From NCBI GenBank assembly GCA_964627675.1, contig CAZVKD010000001.1:1-40030 (forward strand): DNA of 40,030 nt, given 5' to 3'. How positions within the stretch are numbered: position 1 is the first letter of the stretch; each line of letters opens with the position of its first letter. Below are positions 15,335 through 23,376 of this stretch, in pieces. The stretch is from an uncultured Gemmatimonadaceae bacterium. Its GTDB lineage: Bacteria > Gemmatimonadota > Gemmatimonadetes > Gemmatimonadales > GWC2-71-9. The notes beneath the pieces are model-generated. The model was not told the DNA's origin. It searched no databases and saw nothing but the letters and a program-made list of their open reading frames with translations. The translations under genes and the position numbers were made by a program.

Positions 15335-18300
15335 CTACATCACCGGGCACCCGTCCACTCGCACGCATTTCGGATCGAGCGGCGGCAAGTTGAGCCGCCG
15401 CAAATCCGCGTTCACCGCAGCCAGGTCTCTGGACCAGATTTGCGACAGGCGATCGGTATATCCCTTCAACTCCGCGCTCAGAATGCCGAAGATCTCCGGC
15501 ATGTTGTTCGTGGGTCGCCCGTCACCCCGCTCGGCCATGGACATCAGCGTGGCCAGCCGATTGTTGACCTTGATGGGGAAGTTGAGCGGATCCTGATTGC
15601 TCTGGTTGCGCACCTGGTAGATGCTCTCTTCCACCGCGGACAGGTTGGCGCGCAGCGTTGCGCCGCCGGCACGCAGCCGCCCGTCGCCGGATCGCGTCAG
15701 GCGATCGTCAAGCTGGTCTTTCACGCGCCGAATCTCGATCACGGCGCCGTTGGCCTCGTTGACCTTAGCGTGCACCTGACGCGAGAACGCGTACTGCGCG
15801 ACCAGGTCGGCGTCCGTCACGTCGGTGATCCAAGGATGGCGCTCGACGACGACCGGCGCGGTGAGCCCGCGGCCGTCCACGATGAGCCGCAGCGTGTAAC
15901 GCCCCGGCGGGACGGCCGGCGCGTTGACGCGCACCCCCCACATGATCATTCCCGGGAACGTCACGAACGGCTGCGTACGGAGATTCCAGTGGATGCGGTT
16001 GAGCCCCGGCGATACCGGCAGCCATTGAGGGGGGCCGCCCGGGCCAAAGCCACCGCCCTCGCCCGGCGCCGCCGTGCGGCGCTCACCCGTGGCCGTGTCC
16101 GGTTCCCAGGTACGGAGCACGGTCCCGGTGGAATCGAGCAACTCGAGCGCGGCCCGCTGCGGTTTGGTCTTCAGCCACCAGCTGAACGTCACGCCGGGGC
16201 CGGACCGAACCGCCGTGGGAGGCGTGAACAGGAAGGCGTCCGCCGCGAACCGCTCGGGGGATGCCTGCCGCAGCGGGGCGATGTTGTCCAGCGCCCAGAA
16301 GCCGCGGCCGTGCGTCCCGATCACCAGCTCGTTCTTCTCCACGATGAGATCGTGCACCGGTACATCGGGGAAAGCGGGGTTGAGCGCCTGCCAGGTGGCG
16401 CCGTCGTCGTAGCTCAGGTAGACGCCGTGCTGCGTGGCGGCGTACAGCAACCCGCGGCGATACGGGTCCTCGCGGACGGCGTGCACGTAGGCATCGGCCC
16501 GGATGCCGCCGGTGATCTTCGTCCAGGTCCGGCCGAAGTCGTTCGTCTTGAAGATGTACGGCGCGAAGTCGTTGAGCAGCGGCCGCCGCACCGAAACGTA
16601 GGCCGTCGCGTTGTCGAACGCCGACGCGTCAATCTGGCTCACGCGCCCGAAGTCCGGCATCTCCTGCGGCGTCACGTTGGTCCACGTAGCGCCGCCGTCC
16701 TGCGTCACATGCACCAGGCCGTCGTCCGATCCGGCCCAGATGATGTTGACGTCCCGCTTGCCCGGACCGAGGGCGAAGACCGTGGCATAGACCTCCGGAC
16801 CATTCATGTCGCCGGTGATGGGGCCGCCCGACTTCTCCAGTGTTGCCGGATCATGCCGCGTCAGGTCCCCTGACAGCGCCGTCCACGTCTGGCCACCGTC
16901 CCGGGTACGCCAGACCCGCTGCGAGGACACGTAGAGCGTCCGCGGATCCACCGGCGAGAAGATGATGGGGAAGGTCCACTGCCACCGTTCCCGAATCTCT
17001 TTGGCCGGTTCGCCCGAGTAGAACCAGGGGTATGGATTCACCTCCCGAGCCGCGCCCACCCGGCGGTTGAACCGGTCCAGGTATCCGCCGTTGTTCGTAC
17101 CGGAAAAGAAGATGTCCGGATCGAGCGGATCCGGCGCGATGTAGCCCGGCTCACCGCCGCCCACCTGGTACGAGACCCGCATCCCGCCCAGCGTGATGTC
17201 GCGCTGCTGGCCGCCGGCCCCGCCGCCCGCCCCGCCGCCGGGCCCGCCGACGCCGAACCCAAAGGCGGCGGCGTTCCAATTGAACGGCGTGCAGAGCGTG
17301 CTGTTGTCCTGCTGCGCGCCGCACACGTGGTAGGGAACGTGTTTCGTGGTGATCACGTGGTACCACTGGGCGGTGGGAAAGTCCTGCGCGGTCCAGGATG
17401 CCGCGTAGTCGGTGGACACGGCGCCGCCCCCGTCGTTCCCCACCACCAGGTGATTGGGATTATCCGGGTCGATCCACAGGTCATGGAAGTCACCGTGCGT
17501 GCCGCTGTTCACCGACGTCATGGTCTTGCCGCCGTCGGCGGAACGGAACATGGTCGTGTTCTGCATGTAGACCACGTCGGCGTTCTTCGGATCGGCGAAC
17601 ACGTGGGTGTAGTAGAAGGCCCGCTGGCGAATGGCGCGGCGATCGTTGATCAGGGCCCAGGTGACACCGGCGTCGTCACTGCGGAACAACCCGCCGTTCT
17701 CGTTTTCGACCAGGGCGTACACCCGGTTCGAATTCGCTCCGGACACCGACACGCCGATCTTGCCCACCAGGCCCGTCTGAGGCAGGCCGCGGTTCCGAGT
17801 GATCTCGGTCCAGGTCTCGCCCCCGTCGGTACTCTTGAACAGACCGCTGCCCGGGCCGCCGGAGGACATCTGGTACTCTTTGCGATACGCTTCCCAGAGC
17901 GCCGCATACATCACGTTGGGGTTGTTGCGGTCAATCGAGATGTCCACGCCGGCCGTCTTGTCGTCTCGGAACAGCACGCGACGCCAGGTACGGCCACCGT
18001 CGGTGCTCTTGTAGATGCCGCGCTCGGGGCTGGGCACGCTGTACTTGCCGAACGCCGCCACGAAGATGATGTCCGGGTTGGTGGGGTGAATGCGAATCTT
18101 CGCGATGCCGTGCGATTCGGAGAAACCGATGTGGGTCCACGTCTTGCCGCCGTCGGGGCTCTTGTACACGCCGTCGCCCGGCATGATGTTGCCCCGGATG
18201 CAGGTTTCGCCCATGCCGATGAGCACGAGATCGGGATTCGTCTCGCTCACCGCCACCGCGCCAACGGACGCACTCCGCACGTGCCCGTCGGTGACCGGAA

Positions 18301-18580
18301 ACCAATTCTCCCCGTAGTCGGTGGTCTTCCACAAGCCGCCGCCCACCGCCCCGAAATAGGCTTCGTTGGGGCGACCCTTCACGCCGCTCACGGCGATGGA
18401 GCGGCCGCCGCGATCAGGGCCGATATTGCGCCACTTGTAGGCCGCGAGAACGGCGGAGTCCAGAACGACCGGCCGAAGCGCGGGCTCGGGAGGAGCCCCC
18501 GCACGTTGCGCCTGGGCGGGAAGCGCCGCGATCATGACGGCGGCGCCGATAACACCGAGGGGAACCCGGAAACCTGGCAT
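15335..18580 (-). CDS. Secreted BNR/Asp-box repeat protein, sortilin/VPS10- or GH74-like double beta-propeller (1081 aa)
   Basis: The signal peptide is MPGFRVPLGVIGAAVMIAALPAQA. There are at least 9 Asp-box S/TxDxGxTW motifs (SPDGGKTWTH, STDGGRTWRR, STDGGETWTE, SDDAGVTWAL, TRDGGQTWTA, TQDGGATWTN, TNDFGRTWTK, SYDDGATWQA…). A Gly-rich linker sits mid-protein. Confidence 0.8.
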   Translation of the reverse strand: MPGFRVPLGVIGAAVMIAALPAQAQRAGAPPEPALRPVVLDSAVLAAYKWRNIGPDRGGRSIAVSGVKGRPNEAYFGAVGGGLWKTTDYGENWFPVTDGHVRSASVGAVAVSETNPDLVLIGMGETCIRGNIMPGDGVYKSPDGGKTWTHIGFSESHGIAKIRIHPTNPDIIFVAAFGKYSVPSPERGIYKSTDGGRTWRRVLFRDDKTAGVDISIDRNNPNVMYAALWEAYRKEYQMSSGGPGSGLFKSTDGGETWTEITRNRGLPQTGLVGKIGVSVSGANSNRVYALVENENGGLFRSDDAGVTWALINDRRAIRQRAFYYTHVFADPKNADVVYMQNTTMFRSADGGKTMTSVNSGTHGDFHDLWIDPDNPNHLVVGNDGGGAVSTDYAASWTAQDFPTAQWYHVITTKHVPYHVCGAQQDNSTLCTPFNWNAAAFGFGVGGPGGGAGGGAGGQQRDITLGGMRVSYQVGGGEPGYIAPDPLDPDIFFSGTNNGGYLDRFNRRVGAAREVNPYPWFYSGEPAKEIRERWQWTFPIIFSPVDPRTLYVSSQRVWRTRDGGQTWTALSGDLTRHDPATLEKSGGPITGDMNGPEVYATVFALGPGKRDVNIIWAGSDDGLVHVTQDGGATWTNVTPQEMPDFGRVSQIDASAFDNATAYVSVRRPLLNDFAPYIFKTNDFGRTWTKITGGIRADAYVHAVREDPYRRGLLYAATQHGVYLSYDDGATWQALNPAFPDVPVHDLIVEKNELVIGTHGRGFWALDNIAPLRQASPERFAADAFLFTPPTAVRSGPGVTFSWWLKTKPQRAALELLDSTGTVLRTWEPDTATGERRTAAPGEGGGFGPGGPPQWLPVSPGLNRIHWNLRTQPFVTFPGMIMWGVRVNAPAVPPGRYTLRLIVDGRGLTAPVVVERHPWITDVTDADLVAQYAFSRQVHAKVNEANGAVIEIRRVKDQLDDRLTRSGDGRLRAGGATLRANLSAVEESIYQVRNQSNQDPLNFPIKVNNRLATLMSMAERGDGRPTNNMPEIFGILSAELKGYTDRLSQIWSRDLAAVNADLRRLNLPPLDPKCVRVDGCPVM

Positions 18581-18619
18581 GAGTGTCTTTCCTACCTTGG
18601 AAAAGTCGGTGACTTGACC

Positions 18620-18654
18620 CGGGGCCCTCCGGGCCCCGCGTCCTTGCGGGGACG
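18620..18654 (-). terminator. Tandem GC-rich hairpins downstream of the nitroreductase gene (possible intrinsic terminator)
   Basis: CGGGGCC-ctccg-GGCCCCG (7-bp stem) is followed immediately by CGTCC-ttgcgg-GGACG. On the minus strand a short T-run (CTTTTCC) lies about 15 nt further on, so the geometry is not canonical. Confidence 0.3.
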
Positions 18655-18705
18655 AAGAAAGTACTCGCGGGAACCTGAGCGGGACAGATCAACGGAGCGA
18701 CGGGC

Positions 18706-19380
18706 TCACGCGAACGTGACGATCGCGTCCAGCGACTTCCTGGTAATTCGCGGCACCACGGCATCAGCGGCCGGGTAGCCCGCCACCACGATCATCACCG
18801 GCCGCTCCGACGCCGGCCGGCCCAGCAGGCGGTTGAGGAATCCCATCGGGCTCGGCGTGTGGGTCAGCGTCACGAGCCCCGAGAGATGCAACGCCGTAAG
18901 CAGAATCCCCGTGGCAATCCCCACGGACTCCGTGACGTAGTAGTGTTTGATGCGCTTGCCCTGGCGGTCCAACCCGTATCGCTGGGCGAACACGACAATG
19001 AGGTGGGGCGCGGCTTCGAGATACGGCTTGTGTTCGTCCGTACCCAACGGCGCGAGCGCCGCCAGCCAATCTGCGGGTCCCTCCCGGTAGAACCGAGCTT
19101 CCTCCAGCTCGGCGGCAGCGCGGATCTCGCGCTTGAGGCTCGGGCTCGAGACGACCACGAAGTGCCACGGTTGCAGATTGGCGCCGCTGGGCGCGGAGCC
19201 TGCCGCCTCCAGACAGTGCCGGATCACGTCATCCGGGACCGGGCGACTGCTGAACTGACGCACGGTGCGGCGCCGCCGCATGTCGGCGGCGAACGCCGCG
19301 CTGCGCCGCGCCATCTCGGGCGCCGGGTATTCTCGATAAGTCGTGAGGGGATCGAACACCGCCGGTGGTCGCGTGGACAT
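18706..19380 (-). CDS. Nitroreductase-family flavoprotein (iodotyrosine-deiodinase/BluB-like subgroup possible)
   Basis: …[41 protein letters not shown]… is the canonical nitroreductase N-terminal block. Length is 224 aa. Confidence 0.8.
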   Translation of the reverse strand: MSTRPPAVFDPLTTYREYPAPEMARRSAAFAADMRRRRTVRQFSSRPVPDDVIRHCLEAAGSAPSGANLQPWHFVVVSSPSLKREIRAAAELEEARFYREGPADWLAALAPLGTDEHKPYLEAAPHLIVVFAQRYGLDRQGKRIKHYYVTESVGIATGILLTALHLSGLVTLTHTPSPMGFLNRLLGRPASERPVMIVVAGYPAADAVVPRITRKSLDAIVTFA

Positions 19381-19549
19381 ACGGGTAGAGCTCCGTGGTA
19401 TTCAGGGCTGCCAGGCCAGTGGACCGCCGTGGCGTCGGGGCCCGCGGGCCGTCCGGGCTGGCCAACCGTGCGCCGCCCCCAGTCGAGCGCTCGAACTGGG
19501 AAGATCGCGCAGCGCGGTGTATGTTGTGCGCGTAGCGGACGACCTGCTC

Positions 19550-19631
19550 GCGACCGTGGCGGAACTGGTAGACGCGCAGGACTTAGGATCCTGTGGGGCA
19601 ACCCGTGGGGGTTCGAGTCCCTCCGGTCGCA
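19550..19631 (+). tRNA. tRNA-Leu (anticodon UAG)
   Basis: I folded the cloverleaf by hand. The acceptor is GCGACCG/CGGTCGC. The D-arm is GCG-GAACTGGTAGA-CGC. The anticodon stem is CAGGA/TCCTG with loop CT-TAG-GA. There is a long variable arm TGGGGCAACCCGT. The T-arm is GGGGG-TTCGAGT-CCCTC, with discriminator A. CCA is not encoded. Confidence 0.9.
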
Positions 19632-19734
19632 TCTCCTGAGCAACCCCCTCATCGGCGCGCAGCACCCGAACGGACGCGCGCGGAACGCTCGCGCCGCCTG
19701 GCCTCGCCGCCACGGCCACGTCCCGCAGCGCCAC

Positions 19735-20232
19735 TCAGGGCGTCGCCGGACGGCGCTTCGCGACGAACGTGCCGCGGATCGGTTCGCTTCCCGGGGCTGG
19801 ACGCACCACGGCGTTGTTCCATTGCGCGACCGACATGTCAGGAACGACGCCGCCCCCCTTGGTCGGCAGCATCTCGAAGGTCCCCCACAGCGAGTCGCCC
19901 CCCACGCGGCCCGTGGACCGCGTGATTACCTCGGCCTTCGCCGTCGGGCTCACATACGGGCCCATCTCGAAGATGATCACCGAATCGTTCAGCTCGATCG
20001 TCCGGAGCTCGATCGGCGGCGCCCCCGGCCCGGCGAAGGACAGCGTCCCGGACACAGTCCCCGCGGCGGTGGCAGTCATCTGGCTGGTCCAACTGACCCC
20101 GCTGTCCGAGCCGGCCACCATGGAGCGGCCGTCCCAGGTGCCGGCGTACCGCTGGGCCGGGTTCGCAGGAGCGCGGGGTGCCTCGCGGGCGCATCCCGCG
20201 GCGACTAAGGCGAGGCAAAGCAGTGTTCGCAT
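19735..20232 (-). CDS. Predicted lipoprotein (165 aa), function unknown
   Basis: ATG 20232 gives MRTLLCLALVAAGC (lipobox). The mature part is beta-rich (…TVSGTLSFAGPGAPPIELRTIELNDSVIIFEMGPY…). Confidence 0.6.
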   Translation of the reverse strand: MRTLLCLALVAAGCAREAPRAPANPAQRYAGTWDGRSMVAGSDSGVSWTSQMTATAAGTVSGTLSFAGPGAPPIELRTIELNDSVIIFEMGPYVSPTAKAEVITRSTGRVGGDSLWGTFEMLPTKGGGVVPDMSVAQWNNAVVRPAPGSEPIRGTFVAKRRPATP

Positions 20233-20292
20233 GGTGCGGACCTCCGGGTTGATGGACGCGACGACAAGACGCAAGAGGGCGAACCAGAACGG

Positions 20293-20773
20293 TCAACGTG
20301 TCAGGAGAAACGCCACCGGGGCGTATTGGCCAACGCGAGAGCGCATTGAACGCGTTTCGACCCGCCGCCGCTTGGCCCCCGTGCATCCGGATGGCCTCCC
20401 AGGGAGTCGGCGCCCGGCCGTTGTGCATGAACACCCGATTGAAGCGCATCCCCGCGAGCGAACAGGCGGCTGAACGCGGCCTTTCCCCGTTCGACCCGAG
20501 CGAGTTCGCCACGGCTGAGCCCCGGGCGGGGATCGCCCAGCGCTGCCAGCGCCTGCCTGCCGCAGGACGCCGCCGTGAGCAGCTTCCCGTGGTGAAAGGG
20601 TTGACGTAGGCACGCGGCACCGACACCGTCGCCCTCCTGTGAAAGACAATGGCGCCCTGGCAGCCGAGTTGGAGGGGACTCTCCGCCGGTGGGAAAAAGA
20701 GATAGCGCTCCGGCTCGCCAGCGTCCAGCGGTTCCAGCGGCTTGACCCCACCACGATCGCCTCGCATCGTCAT
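20293..20773 (-). pseudogene. 5'-truncated, multiply frameshifted remnant of a di-haem cytochrome c peroxidase-like (DUF1111/CCP-type) gene
   Basis: Recognisable C-terminal blocks are scattered over different minus-strand frames. One frame has …ERYLFFPPAESPLQLGCQGAIVFH (a degraded G..lF...GCxxCH) and …FMHNGRAPTPWEAIRMHGGQAAAGRNAFNAL (compare LHDGRA..l.EAI.WHGGEA). Another frame has …PWRT… and the terminal …YAPVAFLLTR-stop. Only about 160 codons remain, and no intact CxxCH is present. Confidence 0.45.
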
Positions 20774-20803
20774 GGCAAGTCTCTCGCTTCGAGGGTGTCA
20801 GCC

Positions 20804-21826
20804 ATGCGCTTGGCTCGAGTCACCATCGCCACGGTCGCGCTGGCCGGTTTGTCCGTTTCCGCTGCGGTCGGCTCCTCGCAGACTCGGGCGGAATCGCAAC
20901 GGCTCGATACTCGCCTGTACGTGGCCGATCGCTACGAGGGCGTGCTGCGACTCGACCCCTATTCACTCGACGTCCTGGATACGATTCCCACGGGGCGCCG
21001 CCCGCATGGCCTCATCATCTCGCCCGATCGGCGCTGGCTGTACATCACCGTGGAAACCACGCATGAACTCCTCAAGGTGGACGTGGCGACGGATGCGGTC
21101 GTCGCGCACGCGAAGGTCGGACCGGTACCGAACGAACCGACCATCAGCGCGAACGGCCGCTACGATTTCGTGCCGCAGCGGGGCGGCGGGCAAACGGACA
21201 TCGTGGACACCGAGACGATGGCAGTCGTGAAGTCACTGCCCGCGGGCCGGGAGCAGCACAACGCCTACACCTCCGCCGACGGTCGCGAGGTGTTCGTGAC
21301 CTCGCTGGGCGACTCCCTGATTGCCGTCATCGACCCGGAGCGGCTGGAGATCACGCGGAAGATCAAGCCTGGTGGGATTCCGCGGGTCATGGCTTTAAAG
21401 CGAGACGGCACGGCGATCTTCCTCACGCTCTCGAGTTTCCACGGGTTCGCAGAACTGAACCTGAAGACGGACGTGACACGTCGCGTGACCGAAGTCCCCG
21501 TGCCTCCTGGCACGCCGCGCCCCCTGCTCGACACCTACACCCACGGCATCCTGCTGTCGCCGGACGAGCGTGAGGTATGGATCGCGTCCTACGCCACGGA
21601 CAACGTGTATGCCTTAACCCTGCCGGAGGCGGAGCCGCTCGCCGAGCTCACCGTCGGGGACGGGCCGCATTGGTTCACCCTGCATCCGAGGGGGGAGCCG
21701 CTCTACGTCTCGGTCGAGCGCGCCGGCGTTGTGGCGGCGATTCACCGCGGGCTGCGCGTGGTGCAGACCACCGCCAAGGTTGGCCAGGCACCGACCAGGA
21801 TCCTTGCGTTCAGCACCGCCAGATAG
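20804..21826 (+). CDS. Secreted beta-propeller repeat protein (YVTN/YncE/lactonase-like)
   Basis: ATG 20804 gives the signal peptide MRLARVTIATVALAGLSVSAAVG. Repeated blades contain …P.G….SPDGR..YV… type motifs (RRPHGLIISPDRRWLYIT, PTISANGRYDFV, AYTSADGREVFVT, ILLSPDEREVWIA). Confidence 0.7.
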   Translation: MRLARVTIATVALAGLSVSAAVGSSQTRAESQRLDTRLYVADRYEGVLRLDPYSLDVLDTIPTGRRPHGLIISPDRRWLYITVETTHELLKVDVATDAVVAHAKVGPVPNEPTISANGRYDFVPQRGGGQTDIVDTETMAVVKSLPAGREQHNAYTSADGREVFVTSLGDSLIAVIDPERLEITRKIKPGGIPRVMALKRDGTAIFLTLSSFHGFAELNLKTDVTRRVTEVPVPPGTPRPLLDTYTHGILLSPDEREVWIASYATDNVYALTLPEAEPLAELTVGDGPHWFTLHPRGEPLYVSVERAGVVAAIHRGLRVVQTTAKVGQAPTRILAFSTAR

Positions 21827-22029
21827 CTTCGATCGAGCCCGCGTCGGCGGCGGGCGAGTCGATCTTGATCGACGCCGGCAGGCCCGCGTCGGCGTGAGCA
21901 CGCCGAGGTCGCTGACGCCCGGTGGAATCCTGCGTCGCGAGCAGTGGCGGTGTTGGAGCAACAGGGCGCCACGTCGCTTGACGCCCGCCCACGCGCGCCG
22001 GACCTTTGATGTCCACCGGAGCCGACGCC

Positions 22030-22665
22030 ATGGCCAATATCCCGTTCACCAACAACTACACCGACCTTTCGTCTCAGCGCGGCTTCCAGTTCAAGTTCTT
22101 CTGCGAGAAGTGCGGCAACGGTTACATGTCCACCTTCCAGGCCAGCAAACTCGGGACTGCGGCGGCCGCGGCTCATGCGGCCGCGTCGCTGTTGGGCGGG
22201 ATATTCGGCCGCGCGGCGCAGTCGGCGGAGGCGCTGCAGTCCATGGTGGCCGGGCCAGCGCACGACGCCGCGCTGGACGCGGCAGTTCGCGAAATCCGCC
22301 CGCTGTTCAAGCAATGCACCCGCTGCGGCAACTGGGTGTGCGAGCCGGTGTGCTGGAACAAGAAGGCGGGCTTGTGTGAGAGCTGCGCCCCGGACCTCGA
22401 TGAAGAGATCGCGGCCGCGCAGGCCAGTGCCGCGAGGGAGCAGGTGGCGCTGAAGGCGCGTGAAGTGGACTACCTCGGCCAGCGCGATCTCGCACAGGTG
22501 GCGGCGGTGATCTGTCCGAAGTGCGGCGCGAAGGCGCAGGGCGGAAAGTTCTGTCCCGAATGCGGCACGGCTCTCAGCCCCAAGCGGACGTGCGCCCACT
22601 GCGGCGCCGAGGCCGACGGGACACCCAAGTTCTGTCCGGCGTGCGGCAAACCGTACGGGACCTGA
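22030..22665 (+). CDS. Multi-zinc-ribbon protein (eight Cys pairs; C-terminal double zinc ribbon)
   Basis: The Cys pairs are CEKC, CTRC, CEPVC, CESC, CPKC, CPEC, CAHC and CPAC. An Ala-rich putative helical segment sits between the first and second clusters. I prefer ATG 22030 (MANIPFTNNY…) over TTG 22006 or ATG 22009, but the start is uncertain. Confidence 0.7.
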   Translation: MANIPFTNNYTDLSSQRGFQFKFFCEKCGNGYMSTFQASKLGTAAAAAHAAASLLGGIFGRAAQSAEALQSMVAGPAHDAALDAAVREIRPLFKQCTRCGNWVCEPVCWNKKAGLCESCAPDLDEEIAAAQASAAREQVALKAREVDYLGQRDLAQVAAVICPKCGAKAQGGKFCPECGTALSPKRTCAHCGAEADGTPKFCPACGKPYGT

Positions 22666-22770
22666 CGTGACCCCGGACCCGCGCCGCGCCGGTGCAGTAT
22701 TCGCGCTGGCCGGCAGCGACGGCGTGGTGCGGAAGCAGGGCCGCGTGGAGGCGGTGATCGGCGACGATGC

Positions 22771-23253
22771 GTGCCCCGCGCGGTCGTGCGTGATTCCGCG
22801 TCGTTGTTGGACCGACTCACCTCAGCCGACCGCGCTGCATGCGTGGCGTTCCTTCTGTCCGTCGCCGTGGCGGAGCCACGGCTGGGCTTCGTGCAACTGC
22901 TCGATCCGGACACACAAGCACCCGCCGCCCCCACGCTCCTGCCCGAAACCTGGGCGATGTTCCTCCTGGCGCCGGTGGGGTCCACTCACGTGCTCGAGCT
23001 TCTCGCCGGTCCGTCCGCCGCCACGTACGCCTTCAACGAGGGAATCGAAGCCGTCAATCGCCACCTCCAGGCCCTGCACTTCCGTCGCGCGCCGCTCGCA
23101 CTCACGCCGAACGAGGCAGCGGTCACGCCGACTAACCCGCACCGCCTGGCGTTGCGGAAGCTCGAGCCACTCCAACGACTGCGAGCCGGTACGGTCGCCC
23201 GGGTAAAACACAACGAAGGTTGGGAGAAGTCGCTGCGGCGGGCGCTGGCCTGA
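22771..23253 (+). CDS. Hypothetical protein; probably the 3' part of a longer gene starting at GTG 22667 in another frame (frame switch near 22770)
   Basis: Frame-1 ORF 22771..23253 looks coding (…AFNEGIEAVNRHLQALHF…VKHNEGWEKSLRRALA). Upstream of about 22770, third-position G+C favours frame 2, which starts at GTG 22667, 1 nt after the zinc-ribbon stop. No family recognised. Confidence 0.55.
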   Translation: MPRAVVRDSASLLDRLTSADRAACVAFLLSVAVAEPRLGFVQLLDPDTQAPAAPTLLPETWAMFLLAPVGSTHVLELLAGPSAATYAFNEGIEAVNRHLQALHFRRAPLALTPNEAAVTPTNPHRLALRKLEPLQRLRAGTVARVKHNEGWEKSLRRALA

Positions 23254-23301
23254 GCGCCCCCGGGCTGCCTCGGCCACGCCGTGCCCGGCTGGCCCCAAGT
23301 A

Positions 23302-23337
23302 CCGAGAGGCCCGAGCCACTGAGCTCGAGCCTCTCGG
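23302..23337. terminator. Nested GC-rich hairpin between convergent genes (possible bidirectional terminator)
   Basis: CCGAGAGGC (23302-23310) pairs with GCCTCTCGG (23329-23337). An inner CGAGC/GCTCG stem lies within. There is no clear U-tract on either strand. Confidence 0.4.
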
Positions 23338-23376
23338 GTGAGCGAAGCTGCTCGCAGGGTGCCGGGGGCGCGGCGC

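Noticed and set aside
17205-17260. GC-only low-complexity run (CCGCCGGCCCCGCCGCCCGCCCCGCCGCCGGGCCCGCC) that looks like a simple repeat
   Set aside because: It lies in-frame inside the BNR protein and encodes a Gly-rich linker (GVGGPGGGAGGGAGG) between the two propeller halves. It is not an independent repeat element.
15440-18778. The + strand ORFs 15440..16873 and 17327..18778 antisense to the BNR protein, and 36508..38280 antisense to the D-aminoacylase-like gene
   Set aside because: Same reasoning. The opposite strand carries repeated Asp-box or amidohydrolase motifs, and these frames are compositionally non-protein-like.
21859-21872. 14-bp palindrome TCGATCttGATCGA and nearby imperfect inverted repeats downstream of the propeller gene
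   Set aside because: The spacer is too short for a hairpin, the flanking repeats are imperfect, and no partner regulator gene is evident. It could be an operator, but the evidence is too thin to call.
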